64,000 nucleotides of DNA from Takakia lepidozioides (Eukaryota > Plantae > Bryophyta), in the NCBI GenBank assembly GCA_030704615.1, contig CM060733.1, positions 47,926,001 through 47,990,000 of the forward strand, written 5' to 3'. The notes below the pieces were generated by a model. That model was not told the origin of the DNA and did no database searches. It worked only from the letters and a program-made list of their open reading frames with translations. How positions within the stretch are numbered: the first letter of the stretch is position 1; each line of letters starts with the position of its first letter. This document shows, in pieces, positions 49,256 to 63,430 of this stretch. Position numbers and translations under genes: made by a program.

Positions 49256-50687
49256 TTACAGTATGTGAATTCAACGAAGTGAATGGTTAATTCTAGGGAA
49301 GGGAAAGTAGGTAGGGGGGCATTGATAGTTAAGCCTTGGACGAGTAGGATATTTGGGCAAAGCCGAGAGGGACAGGTACAAGGTGAGTGATGACAACTAC
49401 ACGGAAGTATCCAGTTAGGGACAGTGTGGTCAGGGAGTCGGTCTTGGTAGGTACCAACATTGATAAGTGATAACCATCTGGTTTCTGATCTGGACATGAG
49501 AAGTTTATGGATGTGCCAAACTGCGTGATTATGGCGAGTGACGCGAAGACCATGTATAACGGGGAGGATACACTGACTAAGGAGGTGGGGCCAAGTGTTA
49601 CGCACTGTATGTGTATGTGAGCATAATGGGTAGTTGGGGGATGAGAATAGGCGTAGCCAAAAGATGTGCTTGCATTGGTGTCTCATATATTGGGCGTAAC
49701 GAAATCTGAGTGTTTGTCGGATTTGCGCATCGGTGACAGTTTTGGTGTGTCAGAAGTAGTTTGACAATTTGTGGTGAAGAATTGTGTCCATTTATGGATA
49801 TAGGCTTTGGTATGGCTGATAGAGGTTGGGGCTTGTTTGTGTGCTTCACGTGTAAGAGTGGATTTTAAGTTACGTATAGGCTTGGAAGTAGGGGGTCCTA
49901 GCACTGGGTGAATTAGCCAAAATGGGTGAGTGTAAGCAATATGGATAGGGTCGGCCTTTGGATCCAGTGGGGGTTGGGCGGCCCTTGCCAGGGCGAGAAG
50001 GTCTGCGTTTTCGTTATCGGTGATACCGGTGTGGAAACGAACTTTGAGAAAGCGTATGGGATGATTAATGGAAGCCGCTCGGTTAATGTTAGCTGCAATG
50101 AGGTTCCGGTCTGGGTGGTGAAGGTGGCAGGAGGGGCTGGAGAGGTGGTTGCGAAGAAGAAATAGTGAGGTAAGGCTGTCTGTGAAAATGTAGTATGGGG
50201 GAGAGAAGGAGGGCAGCTGGGAGAGTGCTTCAAAGGCAACCGGTATCCTTTGTTTATATACTTCATCCATCTATATTCACAATTGCCATAGTAAATCATA
50301 ACTTCTAATCAACAAAAATACATGGCAACATGCATATATCGATATCTATCACAAATGATCTCTCGTGGTAACCCATGCAATCTATAAATAGCCTTCATGG
50401 AAAGTTTGGCAATATCGACAGCTTGAGGATTGATAGACCAACTTTGAGATAGATTGATGCAAGTGATACGATTGGTTGATGATAGATTTGATGATAGAAG
50501 CTCGGGGGTGGACATGCGGTTCAAGGATCATATTTTTTTAATATCAAATTCACGACAAAATCTATTCTTATGTGCATAACGCTCAATACGTTCCTGAGCA
50601 CTTTGCATGCTTTGTTTACTCAGGGTTAATTGTGTATTCTTCTCAGTTACTATCTTATTCACATTTTTTACTTTGGATCCAGATGAG

Positions 50688-50872
50688 ATAAAGATAAAAA
50701 AGATAAAGATTCTTTAACGTCCAATGAATTTACAGAGCCTACTGCTCAACACACAGGCCATTGAGGGCCCAATGGACGACCTGAAGGCACATGTTGAAGG
50801 ATTGAACCCAGGATCACCTAGGTTATGCACAGGCAAGGCACAAACACCCAACCACTGGGCTATTTGCTCAAG
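50688..50872 (-). mobile_element. tRNA-derived SINE inserted in the Gypsy remnant
   Basis: Minus strand TAGCCCAGTGG ... GGTTCAATCC; (CTTTAT)n tail; probable TSD GATGAGA. Confidence 0.72.
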
Positions 50873-51796
50873 TGATGAGAGAGAGTATAACCGGAGATAA
50901 GCAATTTTTTCCATAAACCGCAGCAAAAGAACTAGTTCCAATAGTACTATGAGATTTATCATTATAAGCAAACTCTAACATATAGAGATACTCTTCCTTT
51001 GAACTCTAGTTTTTCCCAACGTATGTCCTCAATATAGATTCCAAGATTTAATTAGTCCTTTCAGTTTGAGCATTAGTCTCAGGACGATAAGTATCCAACT
51101 TAAGCAGACGACAACGTCGTTCAGTGGAATTATTTCAAATTCAATATGTGAATGGTAAAGATAATGTGATTGTTGACGCGTTGTCTAGAAGACCTTTGAT
51201 TAACGTTGTATCGATTGTCAAAAGCACATTGATTAATAAGATCAAAGGTCATTATGCAACAAATGCATTCTTTAAAGTCATTTTTCTAAGTCTTACATGT
51301 GACAATTGATTGATTGATAGAATTCACAAGTATTATGCATACTTATTGAAAGATAGGGTGTCATACATCTACGATTACACATTATTCATGATTTTCACGA
51401 CATCCCAATTGCAACACTCGGGTTTTCAAAAGACTTATATGATGGTAAAGAAAGCCACGGATGAAAAGACGGATACGTGATTATGTTGCAAGATGTTTCC
51501 TTATCAGGTATCAAAGGTTGAAAAAGTTAAATCTCCTGGTTTGTTGTAACCTTTGGAAGTACCCCATTGTAAATGAGAATCCATAAGCATGGACTTTATT
51601 GTGGCTTTGCCTAAAAGATGGCATAACCCTGACAACATATTTGTTGTGGTGAATAGACTCTTAAAACAAGCACATTTTGTGCCCACCAAGATGATAGCCA
51701 CAGCTTCGGATATCACCAAACTTTTCATGAAGGGGATCTATAGATTGCATGCATTATCGCGAGAGATCATTTGACAGAGATCGATATTTTTTTCAA

Positions 51797-53017
51797 CAGT
51801 GTTGGACCGGTATATGTATTTTTAAATACCAGACTGGTCCTGGTATGAAGGATCTGATCCCTTATGCAGCTGATAAGGGTATGGTGGCGGTATGACATAA
51901 TAGAGTATTAATGGTATCAATAGGGTAATAGGTCTTCTAAAATGGATAGTGTATGGGTATGGTATTGGTATTAATTCTTTTGATACTGATACTGGGGGTA
52001 TATGAACATTGGTATGGTAGTTATGTTGTTGAGCCGTTGTATACAATACAATTGTCAGACTGTCTTTCAGTTATTTTTCTGCCCAATCATGGTAGCCAAG
52101 ACCAGATTTCCACTTCCCCCGCGGAGAGTCTGAGCAATTTGTTCAGCCTGCACTGCCTGATACACATCTCAAGTGCTCACTGGAGCTCATATTCATACCC
52201 TACTTGTTCATATCCCTACTTATACTGAGCTCCATCGCCGCTTGCAACCCTTAATAATGGTATCGCAGGCAGTATAACAACAGTGACAACCTAGGCTGGT
52301 CTGGTATCGACGAGCAAATCCTTGACTCAATATCCACCCCAGTAGGTTATGTAAATGGGTATAATGTTCTTTCATACCAATAGAGAACCGAACCTACTAT
52401 TCTCTGTTCCCCGTAAACATTTGTACTACCCTACCAGAAGGTTCTCGAGTTCCCTGGTGGTCCCCCAAATCCTAACAGACGGCGGTTAGGGTTCTCCTTT
52501 CCCTGCCCCCTACCAGAGCTCGACTCGTCGCTGCACGTCTGTTCGGGTATCATGTTAAGATGCACATATAGACATTATGGATGCATGGTTTCATATGAGC
52601 ACCTCTTTATGATCTTCATTTGCGAGACACTATGGATGCAATTGATTCAGTGTATAATTGTATGGGGTTGATATCCTATGAGATGAGCATGTTTCCTTGT
52701 GGTTTTCTTGAATATTCAAATGGCTATTTGAATAGTTCAGATGGCCATTTCAATATTGAATTTGAATTTGAATTCCAGTACCATTTTTATTTTATTATTT
52801 TTTAATACCATATCCGAGTTCATATTCTAGGTTATTGCCATTCAGATACCATTGCTCATATCCGGATTTTTTTCAAAAACCACTCTATGCATACCAGATT
52901 CATACTTTAAAAAATCAGGGGCTGCATTATTGGAAAACCTACCTGCCTTAAAAAAATTCAGCACGACATATCAGGACCCTTCTGGTATTTCCAATTCAAG
53001 ATATCAGACCAACACTG
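51797..53017. mobile_element. hAT-like non-autonomous element (TIR CAGTGTTGG); related short copy at 54248-54355
   Basis: CAGTGTTGG...CCAACACTG termini in both; flanking 8-mers are reverse complements of each other. Confidence 0.55.
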
Positions 53018-55330
53018 GTTAGTACCTATGACCATACAGTGCTGGTCCCAATTTTGCCACTTGGTAAACAATCATTTGATATAACCCCCCCAAAAGTGTG
53101 ATTGGTCATAGGCCTCTTGGCATTCTGATTGGTTCGACTTTGAAACCCTACAACTTTGTGTAGGATTCATGAAATCAAATAGTTCCAAGTTTGTAGGTTG
53201 CCCCATATGTGGGACACCTTATGAAATTTACCTGAGGTAAAAATGACAAAAATCACCGTTATATTTTTCACCATCGTTATTTGAACTGTCATAGGCCAAC
53301 ATACCCTATTGCAAAACTGCCAATTGGCTACTATATATTATAAATAACCTGAAATGAAATGAAGATATGGCCATCTCATGACTATGAGCCACCTAGTTTA
53401 TGTGGAGTGAATGCAATAACCGGCTATTATCCAGATTATAACCTCCAGTTTTAAATGCCGGATATATGGGTTCATGACCTGCTTCTTTTGGACCAGTACT
53501 AGTTCCAATTCAATACAAAACGACTGGTTCTCAACTGGATTCGGTTATCCTATCTCTTCATATCCAGCGGTTCTTAATGGAGACGGAGGTTCTTATCGGT
53601 TCCTATGATGGTTCAAATATTTATTTTGATCGTTGGGAATGACCTTAGGTAAAACAAGTAATATGGCCTAGATCAGACATATAATTTCTCAACATACTTA
53701 CATGGAAAACAATATATATTTTCCATGAAGGAGATAAATTTAATTGTATGCAGCTGATTCATATTTTTCCAAAATGGGGAATGGACGAATGGACCACAAA
53801 ATCTAGGGGAGAGTTTCCAACATTTTCCTAACTTTTAATGAGTTATTTTGTGGTGACACGTTCGGAAATACCAGATCACCAACCTCAAATTCACGGTAAG
53901 ATCTATTCTTATCTGCATAAGCTTAATACGTTCCTAAGCATTTTGCATGTTTTGTTTAATTTAGGGTTAATTGCGTATTCATCTCAGTTACCATCTCATT
54001 CACACTTTGCACTTTGGATCGAGATGAAGTTAGCGTAACCGAAGGTAAGCACTCTTTTCCATAAATTGTAGCAAAAAGACTCATTCCAATCATTAGTACT
54101 ATGAGGTTTATCATTATAAGCATATTCCAAACATATAGAGATACTCTTCCCATGAACTCCGTTTTTTCCTAATGTATGTTTGATTAGTCCTTTCAGTTTG
54201 GGCATCAGTCTCATGATGATAAGAAGTACTCAACTTAAGTTTAATACCAGTGTTGGACCCGTATATATGGTCAGACCTAAGTATACAGTAAAGGTATGAG
54301 TTATGGTTCTTACCCGGGTCGATGCCCGGCGAAACCAGATACCATACCAACACTGGTACTAACAGAAGCGTTAATGGGGTGTTCGGTCATAAATGCCTGT
54401 TCGTTCATAGGCCAACTTACCCTAGGTTGATAATGCAACCGTCAACCTCCCAATTTTAGCCTTCCATTTTCTGAGATTTGAAAGGGCACACATATTTACA
54501 ACTTCATATTTTATGATGCATTCCCATTTTCTGAGATTCGAACGGACACTTGCATTTTCTGCATTATCCAATAGAAAATCTCCTAGAGGCTATGTTCTAT
54601 CCTAATAGTTGAAACTATGTTTTCATTAGTATTTTTAATAGATTAGATTTTTTAGGTTTAGGTTATTTTATTTTTATTAAAACAAACTTGGATTTGTTTG
54701 ATAACCAGATACTCACCGGAGGATGTGAACACAAAGTTAAAGTTAAAGTTAAACTGCCATAACTGACGCTCCGGGAGGGTTAAGTTTCCCACTGCATGAA
54801 AGGATGTAAGGCTATGGCAAGCCTATGTATAACTATATACCAGGTAATAAATATATATAACTAACGTCTAACTATATGCAGGTTTAACTGTAAATTTGAA
54901 CCGTTAGTATACCTACAGGCCTAAATATCCCATCACAACACACCACTAAAGATGAATAGCCCCACACGCATTCATTCGTGATATTTACATCCCTTTGAGG
55001 GGCAATGTATCATCCAAAAGGACACCACTTCCATCCTATAGGACAATGTCGAGGCTATGTACAAACTTATCCCTAACCTATAGCCTCGGTGGAAGGCTAG
55101 GTTTGGGAAGTCTTCTCTCTCGCGATGTGCTCCAAGTTGTTTTAGGTTATAGATTTTCAAAGTTCGGAGCTCAGATTGAGCGGTGTCAACTTGAACATTC
55201 TTCTCCTTGCGTGTTATGTTTTGAGGGATTGGTTTTTCATATTTTTAGGTACAAGCAAGTTTGTACCCATCTCTCTCCATAAAAATTCTGTGCAAGTAAG
55301 CCAGAGTGTAGAGGATTGCAAGAAGCAGCC

Positions 55331-58300
55331 ATGACGGATGTGTCGCTCGACGATATGCTGCTTGAAGCGGCAGGACGCCCTAAAGGAGGTGAAGGTGGGA
55401 AACCTCCCCTTCGCACACCCAAGCGGCGGCGTGCCCCTACCCATGATTCGAGCTCCGAGGACCGGAGCGACTCAAATCCAGACAACGACGATGAAGACGA
55501 TGATGAATTGGACGAAAGAGGAGGCGGGTCGGGCAGGATAAAAAGGGGATCAAAAATGCCTCTGAAGAAAAGGTAATTTGAAACTCTGCATAGGACTTGG
55601 AAAAAGCCTGCTTTCTTGGCACTCTGCGTGCTGTTGCCCATGAAGATTCAGAATGGGACACTAAACTGGAGCTCAGATCACAAATTCTGTTTCCAGGGGG
55701 CTTTACACCAAATGCAAAAAGTCATCCTGAATGAGCTTATTCTAAAGTTTAGAAGATCTTTGAGAGACATTGTGATTGTAAGTGCTAGATCCTTATAAAA
55801 AAACTGAGGATTGCAGGTTCTCATGGGGCCTGGATGGTTCTCTGTCAAGCTCTATGGTGGAAAAGCTGCAGCTTACATGGATTGTCATGTACATTTAGTG
55901 GCTCCAAAAGTTACTGGCTTCGCAATTGTATTTTGGAGTCGTTCTTACATCATGTCGTACCTCTTCAGGTTTGAATCGTCAGACAAGGATGCAGAAGAGG
56001 GCACTCGGGGCGATGGTTATGACAGCGAATTTTCTTTCGGGAGCGACCTCTACAAAGATGACGAGGACAGGGCAAATCTTGCTGCTATGACAGAGCTTCA
56101 GCGCGAGATGGAACTAGCGGAACGAGGGGATAAACGGGACACATGGCTGGCCTTGAGAAAGAGCCGGGGGGCACGCCAGGCAGAAAGTTCAAGGCCAAGG
56201 GAAAGAGGGATTAGAGACCAAGGGCCCCCCTCTTCTCGCATGCGGTCTTCTGTAAGAGAGTCCACAAGGAGTAAGAAGGAAAATGCACTGAATGAGCTTG
56301 TGGCAAGAAGACAGAGGGCTCAGGACCCTGATTTGCAGCGGAAGCGGCGGGACTCAGGGGCTGCTTCCCGGGAAAGAGAAGCTGGATCACCCCGGAGGCG
56401 GAAAACTCGGGAGAGTGTCAGCTACAGGTAGGTTCTTGTGATGTTTGTAGCAGTGCTAGTGTCACATAACTATCTCCTGAGTCCACTTGACATCTTCTAG
56501 GTTTATCAACCAATAGCATCTGCTGGATTTGCTTTATCCCTATTACTATTTATCTGAGAAAGAATTTAGCCAGGCAGGAAAAGCTGTCTGCAGTTGGGGG
56601 TTTCATTGAGGTAATTTCAGATGATCTTGATTGTTGCTAAAGACACTTTTACAGCTGACAGTGGGTAAATGTAGTTCTTGACTTTCTTTGGAAGTACATC
56701 ATCTAAAGTTTGTCGCACCAATTTTCCAGCGATTCCGACTCAGAGAGCCCAGATGATGAAGAGAGTGAAAGGGAGGAAGACGACCGCAGCGACACTGGCC
56801 GCTCAGATGATGAGATGGGGGAGAAGAATGAACCAGAGGCGCTTGAAGAAGACATACTCAATGTCACTATACGCCGGTCGAAGCTTGCCAAATGGTTTAT
56901 GGAGCCCTTCTTTGAGGACATCATTGTAGGCTGCTTTGTGAGGATTGGGATTGGGGTTTCAAACACAGGGCAGAGCATCTACCGGGTGTGCCAGGTGAAG
57001 AATGTGGATGCCAAGGACCCTGACAAACTGTACAAATTCGAGAATCGAATGACATATAAATACTTAAACTGTATTTGGGGCGATGATTCCACTGCAGCGC
57101 GATGGCAGATGGTGCGAGCCTCCGACCAATCACCTCCAAGTAAAACATTCCTGTCCTTTCAAGTAATCATAATTATTGACGTACATTGTGGCAATCATGT
57201 GCTTCTTCCAATGGTGGGAGTGGAGATTTCATGATTTTGATCAAATCGTTTGGATTGTTGCTTGTTGCCTCGATCACCAGTTGTGCATTAACATGTGTGA
57301 TTTGTATATATGGATGTGTGGATAGTGTTAGATAGATGGATAGGTAACGTCCTATTATCTATATCTGGCTCATTCTGAGTCTATTGAAATGCTGGGTTTT
57401 GAAAACAGCAAAAGAGATCAAGGAGTTCTTCCATGAAGTCGAGAAGTGTGGAGGCCGTAAGCTCACAAAGTCCGAAGTGTTAGAGAAGAAGGAGGCCATC
57501 GCAAAAGTGAATCAGTTTGTCTATTCAGCGTCTGCTGTGAAGCAAATGTTGCAAGAGAAGAAACTGGCCACATCACGGCCTGTAAATATTGCCCTTGAGA
57601 AGGACCGGATTGTTCAGGAGTTGGCTAAATTAGCTGAAAACAAGGGTGGTGATCGAACAGAGATTGAGAGGTTGCAGGCAAGATTGAAAGAACTTGAGGT
57701 GTATGCTACACAAAACAAAAGTAAAGATGCGAAGGCCTTGGCTCTGGCAGAGATGAATCGTCGAAACAGGTTAGATGCCCTGCCCGCTTGCAGATGGATA
57801 GTAGACTATTTTCTCGTATTTTCTTTCTCTTGCCAGGAACAGACATAATTAGAAGAATGCAGTGTACATCCCATGTGAACCTCAAAGTCTCTGAATGAAG
57901 AGGAGGATGGTCAATAATTGCATGTAGGTTCGAGAACTTCAAGAATGCATCAGAGATGAAGGCTGTGAATGTGAATGCGAAGGCAGGGGAGGCAGGCTAT
58001 GATCCTTTCTCTCGCCGATGGACACGCTCTCAGAACTACTACCAGTCTGAGCGCCCAAAGACTGAGAAGGAGGCCGCGGAATTCAATGGTACAGAAGGTA
58101 CTTATGCACATGCAAGCTCCATTATATACCAACTACTTTGTCACTGTAACACCATTTCAATTATGCTGACTTGGAAGGGTAATTCTGGTCAGAGGTGGGT
58201 GAGGTTAGATAGTGAGGGAAGCAATCTTACTTCATTATTCCTGAATGGCAGAGGTGACCTTTTCATTCATAAATTTGATTAGATATAGGCAGGCCTGAAG

Positions 58301-59232
58301 CTGTCCTAGTGTTCGTGGTCCTCTCAGTTAATTTGAGCCCAGCTCAAAGTCTATCTCAGCTCTTTCATTTTCAGTTAGAAAGGGTTCCAAATTTTCCTGC
58401 AATAACCACCCATATTGTTTTCCATGTTTCTGAGCATCTTGTTTGCTTGTGCAACAATGTGAAAGGATTGTCCCTTCAGGCAGCACAGGCTGACAGTTGG
58501 TTTCTGGTGTGTAAGTTGAACTTGTTCCTGAGGCTGCAGATGCTGACGATTTGTATGTATTTCTGCCTAAATAAGGTTTTGTCCTGGCTGATCTAGGAGA
58601 AAAAGCAGCTCCAGCGATTGCTGGGCAGGATGACCCCAACAAGCTTGTTGACATTCAGGCCCCTGTCGACAGACGAACAAAATTGTTTGCGATGCATAAT
58701 TTTGAGCTACCTGTTGCATTATCCAGGCTTGGAAATATGAAGGGCCCTGGAGGAGTCCACAACGCCTTCATGCTGGCCTACATGGCTCGAAAAGGAGAAC
58801 TCGAAGCTAGTTGTGGTGTGCAGGTGAGTAGGCATGAATCCGTTGGCTGTATTTCCTTACTATGATTGAGGTACGTAGTTTGTTGATCATAGCAGATTCC
58901 TATTGCCAAATGTTTGGTTTTTTTGGTGTCACAAATCTACAATCCTCTTCAGCGGAGGGAATTTCCTTGTTTCCATCGTCTTGCCAATGGTCACATCATC
59001 ACGTCATTCATTAGTCTAAAAACTACCCAGGTTCCTCATCCTGTGCCTTTCTCGCATATATAAGTTGGTACCTTGTCAAAGTCGGTACTTGTCATTGATT
59101 TAGTGCTCTTTGTCATTTTGTGTTGCTGAGAGACGATTCATTGGGGAATGGCAGGTAGAGAGTAATGATGGTCGGAGACACAGTTTGACATTGACAGTGA
59201 ACGACTACAAACGACGGAGGGGGCTAATTTAA
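55331..59232 (+). CDS. VIP5: RTF1/VIP5, Plus3-domain Paf1 complex subunit (multi-exon)
   Basis: LLEAAGR, SDLYKDDEDR...TELQREM, IRRSKLAKWFMEPFFE...GCFVRIGIG (Plus3), YDPFSRRWTRSQNYY, LTVNDYKRRRGLI*. Confidence 0.93.
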
Positions 59233-59787
59233 ACTATTTTAGTGATATCGTATCTGATGCAGCCTGTGAATATGATGATATCCCTTTTGAATAGGAAGTT
59301 TACTGTGACCAAGTTACATTCAGAGTCAGCAGCCTCCAGGGTCCTCCACGGGGCATATTTCAGCATCTACTGCATGTGAAGGTTGAGCAGGTGCAGGTCC
59401 TGTGCTCAAAACTCAATACACATCACCCTAATAGTCAGTGGAAGTCTTGGAAATGAGTATAGTAGGTATGCTTGGGTATCCCTTGATGTATTCTTTAATC
59501 CTTGTACCACATAATTTTTGAAAGTTTAATTGACTACTGATGAATTAAGCGATCTCACTACTTTTTTCTTAAAAAGGATTTATAAAAAGAAAAAAGTAAA
59601 GGTTATTATATAACCTCATAATTTAAATTCTCTTCCGTTTATGAGAGACAGGGAGAGAGGGTGGGGTTCATTGAGAGCAATTGGATGTGGGGACAAGGAA
59701 CACACTTTGTGAGTAGGAGTGCAGGTTTCTCTCGAGTTGCGTTGGTTGAGAGAAGAGAATAGAAGTTTTGATTGCGAGATCAACTCA

Positions 59788-60519
59788 ATGGATCAGTTTG
59801 GCGGCCATGATTTGATAGATTTGAAATCGCCAGATGAATCAGATGAAGAAGGATGGTTGTTCTTAGACGATTTAGAGGTTCCTATAGGAGAAGAAGATCA
59901 CATGAGGGTGGCTTGTATGCTGAATGCATTGGAAGGTTTGGAGAATGAAAGAAAAGGGAAAGGCAAGATTGAACCTTCATGTGCATTTGGGAGCTCGGAG
60001 GTAACAACGCTTGGCGGTACGGAGATGAGACCTAATGTCTATGGCAACATCTCACAGGCTACACCCTTGAGTTCTGGTACGATGGCCCACCACCGGGATG
60101 AGGTTGATGACATCTCCGTAGTTGTATACGGCAACAAGATGCCAACAAGGTCTGCAAGAGTCTGTTTAAGCGGAGCTATGAACATGAAACAGACTCAAGA
60201 TGAGGTTGCGCATAACAACATGCAACACCCAGCTGATCAATGTGACAACATCACGGCAGTCGTAACACCAAATTGTATGGAGGTGGATATGGTGCATGCC
60301 CTACCTGGAGTTGTTGACATCAATCAAGTTGTCTCAACTCCTGCACCCTGCAGGGCTTGTACCTGCACTGCTGGGAATTTGAACATGTCCGAGAGACGTT
60401 TGGGAGGTTCATCTTCACAACAAACGCTCACAGTCGAACAAGAGGAAGATATTTGGAAAATTCTGCAACAGCTGTGGACCGGGCCTAATCCTGAAGACAC
60501 TATCTACCTGGAGAAGTAA
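59788..60519 (+). CDS. Hypothetical protein or exon, no recognisable domain
   Basis: Open frame of about 240 aa from ATG with natural composition. Confidence 0.4.
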   Translation: MDQFGGHDLIDLKSPDESDEEGWLFLDDLEVPIGEEDHMRVACMLNALEGLENERKGKGKIEPSCAFGSSEVTTLGGTEMRPNVYGNISQATPLSSGTMAHHRDEVDDISVVVYGNKMPTRSARVCLSGAMNMKQTQDEVAHNNMQHPADQCDNITAVVTPNCMEVDMVHALPGVVDINQVVSTPAPCRACTCTAGNLNMSERRLGGSSSQQTLTVEQEEDIWKILQQLWTGPNPEDTIYLEK

Positions 60520-62414
60520 CTGCTGGGCTATATAGCAACAGACTTGGTACCTATTGCAATAGCCTTGGTGCGAGAATTTTCTTGGCCAGGAACTGTGGGA
60601 TCAGGATGGGCAGCTCTCTTCCTGGATGTGATAACTTCATGGCCATCCCCATGTCTTTTCACGTCTTGGATTGAGAGCCAATTTGTCTGAGGCAAATTTT
60701 CACTTCTTTTCTTTCTTTATTTGCTCTATGATTTAGTGGCTGATGTACTGATTCAACTGTGAATCTCCAGTGATCAGGAAAAACTGTCCTTTGTAGAACT
60801 TGCGCATCCCGCAGTAAAATAGTCACACTTAAGACTGGGATTGCAGTTTCCTATTTTCGCAGTTTGTTTCATTGTAAAGAACTCTTGAATGTCTTCTTAC
60901 CTTCATTAACTCAAATGAGCTTTTCATCTTTATTTTTGGGTCCCAGAGAAGTTGATAAAACTTGTAGGCAGGTTGATGGTTTTAGGGTTTGCCCCACATC
61001 ACTCTACTGGCGGATTTCGAGTTGAAGAAGCACTTGTTGTTGGGCACTGGCAGATCACGCGAGGTTCTCAAACACAGCCACCATCTTCTCTCCATTGATC
61101 TCACACACAAACCTACTATACATGTAAGTAGACCCGAGCATTCGCATCACCCTCCATCCAACCATTTCCCGAAAAGCAGCTGATAGATCTGAAAAAGACA
61201 AGGCTGCTACCTGAATGTGTGATCTGCGCATGGCATACAGAAGATGGTCTCAGCAGTGTCAAGAAAATTGAGGGTAACAATGAGCTTGATGGCGTGGACA
61301 GAGCCCCTTGTGAATTGTCAATCTGGATTTGCTTCAATGTGCAGCTCCATGCGGAGCTCACACAGACACTGGACTGGTAGCGTGCTTTGGCGCTCTCCTG
61401 AGCGTCCAGGGAGAGGCGACAGCGAAGGCCCTACGTTTGCTTTACGGTGAGAAGTTGGTGCGGGAGGGCAACAATTAGGGGGTCAGTCAGGTTGCGGAAC
61501 TGAAATGCATGCCAACCTTGAAACTGCCGTGTCAGAGACCCTTGCGAGTGAGGGCTATGTTGATGCCTCCCGAGTCTCCAGGGACACCGAAGACAGGTTT
61601 GAATGAGAAATTTCTTCCTGTATGTTGTGGTTGTTTAGCTTGTTGCCATCCAGGTTCCGAATAATTCCTCTAAGAATAACAGCCAATTTTGGTCCCAGAA
61701 GTTTGCAGTGTGGTCACGCACAGGGGTTCACGAGTGTTATTATCGACACTCTACTCGTCCTTCGATGAGCATGTTCAGCTTCCGGTGGAATATGAGAGAA
61801 AGCATCCACCAGGTTTTCTTTGCAGGTGGGGTGGGGTTTCTGATAGGGCTGGCCCATGGCTGACGGAAATGCTGCTGCAAGTTCCTGGAGGTGCAAACTG
61901 TAAACACTGGAGCTCGCTCAGGAATGTAGATCACTAGTTACCCACAAATTGTGGTGGCTCTTGGAGCAGTGCGGAACCACAATGTCAGTCAGCTACAGAG
62001 CCAGATCCGAGTATATGAGGCTCTGACTTCTCCACTTCCATTGATTTTCGAAGAATACTGATTGCTAATTACAGGTGGGGAGAAAACTGAGTTGATTCTA
62101 ATGAGTGCAGCTGTGATCAGCGCTTGTTCTGTTGGGAATGCCAGGGGTCTGCTCTACCTCATGTGAATGACTTCCAACAGCAAGAGGACAAGCAACACAG
62201 AAGCAAACCTGCTAATCAGATGGAGAAGAGCTGGACCGCTAGAGTCTAACTCAATAGCAGCCGGCTGAAATTGTTGTTACCTGATGTCAAGATATGGAGA
62301 CTGCTAGTGGCTCCTCACTGAGACTGTTCCTGGAAACTCCAAGTAGAGAAAGGAAAAGGTTTCTGAAGAGTGTTCGTAGAATTCCAGCTCTTGTGTGGCA
62401 ACCATGGTCATCAT

Positions 62415-62550
62415 TCCAGCTCTTGCAATTGCCCCCTGTGTGGGCAACCTGAAGACAATATTCATTTTCTGATTCATTGTCCTGGGTCCTCTCACCAGAG
62501 AGACACCCTCTTCAAATCCATCAAAGAAATTGTCCTGAACCTCTGTTTGT
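62415..62550 (+). mobile_element. Short fragment of the same LINE family as 36292-36998
   Basis: CNCPLCGQPEDNIHFLIHCPGSSHQRD. Confidence 0.8.
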
Positions 62551-63430
62551 CTGAGCAAAATCAAACCCCTGTCCTTCTGCAATGTGCATCCGTGAATGTG
62601 AGCCCTTGCAGAACCCTGTCCGGTATGATGCCATATCTTACAATCCATTCAACAAGCCAGCACCAGATTTTTTTTATTTGGAAAAGCTATAAGAGTATGG
62701 GTGAGTATGCTCCTTCTGGCAGTTCTCAATCATGAATGACCCAAATCATCTACGAAGCTAGCAAGGGCATGAAAGCCTCCCAGAACCTCTAAAATCTGTC
62801 CCCCTACAACAAGGCCATCTTCGGGGTATTTGGAACCACCAAAAACTAGCACACGTTCAGCTTGAGGCTCTCAAACCCTAATTCTCACAGACCAGAACAT
62901 CTCCCAACCAAAGTATCGTAAGATACTAAGCGATGAGAATGCACTCACAAAAACTTGTAGCGGTCACCAATGGCTCGTCACAGTAACTTTCAGAGTGGTG
63001 GTTCTTCTGTTGAGGTCGCCAGCCAGTCCGACGAAGATTGACGCTGGAAGCTTGCACATCGTCGGGTTTGTCTCTCCCCCTTATCTGGCCATCATATATG
63101 GCTCCTTGAAAGTCATAGCTCTCAAATTTGTTATGGTGGATGAGCTGTAAGTCATTTGGTTGGGTAGTGTGAAGCATATCCTCTATTTGTGGTGGACCGC
63201 ACCAAAACTGGTGAAAATCTGGAGCAGGTATTGCTTCTCTCACTGGTCGAGCCATTGTTTATAACAAATGACAATCTACTAGTCTTGGGAGCTGATGTTT
63301 TCCTTGTGTTTGCAGTTTGAATCCTGTGACGTAGCTCAGGCTACTCCATCGTGTTAAGAGTTTCTTCTTGCGATAACCTCCTTGGGTAGTTTTTTGGGTG
63401 TACATCACTAAAGAGGAGGTTAGGGCGGAG

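Larger units (their letters stand above)
40300..50270 (-). mobile_element. LINE remnant with RNase H, zinc knuckle and restriction-like endonuclease; interrupted by the chromovirus and the CACTA element
   Basis: IFTDSLTS...KVRFHTGITDNENADLLA (RNase H); PLC..HLLSQC; RLCPNILL...IHFVEFTYC|ND; ILITVG|TRGGIH rejoins across the CCTAC TSD. Confidence 0.75.
50300..54247. mobile_element. Scrambled Gypsy integrase remnants on both strands
   Basis: DALSR, SMDFIVALP, YRLHGLPREII, LSTSYHHETDAQTER fragments. Confidence 0.75.

Noticed and set aside
62926-63255. 109-aa minus-strand ORF
   Set aside because: No recognisable motif or gene structure; like most short ORFs in the track, it cannot be supported.
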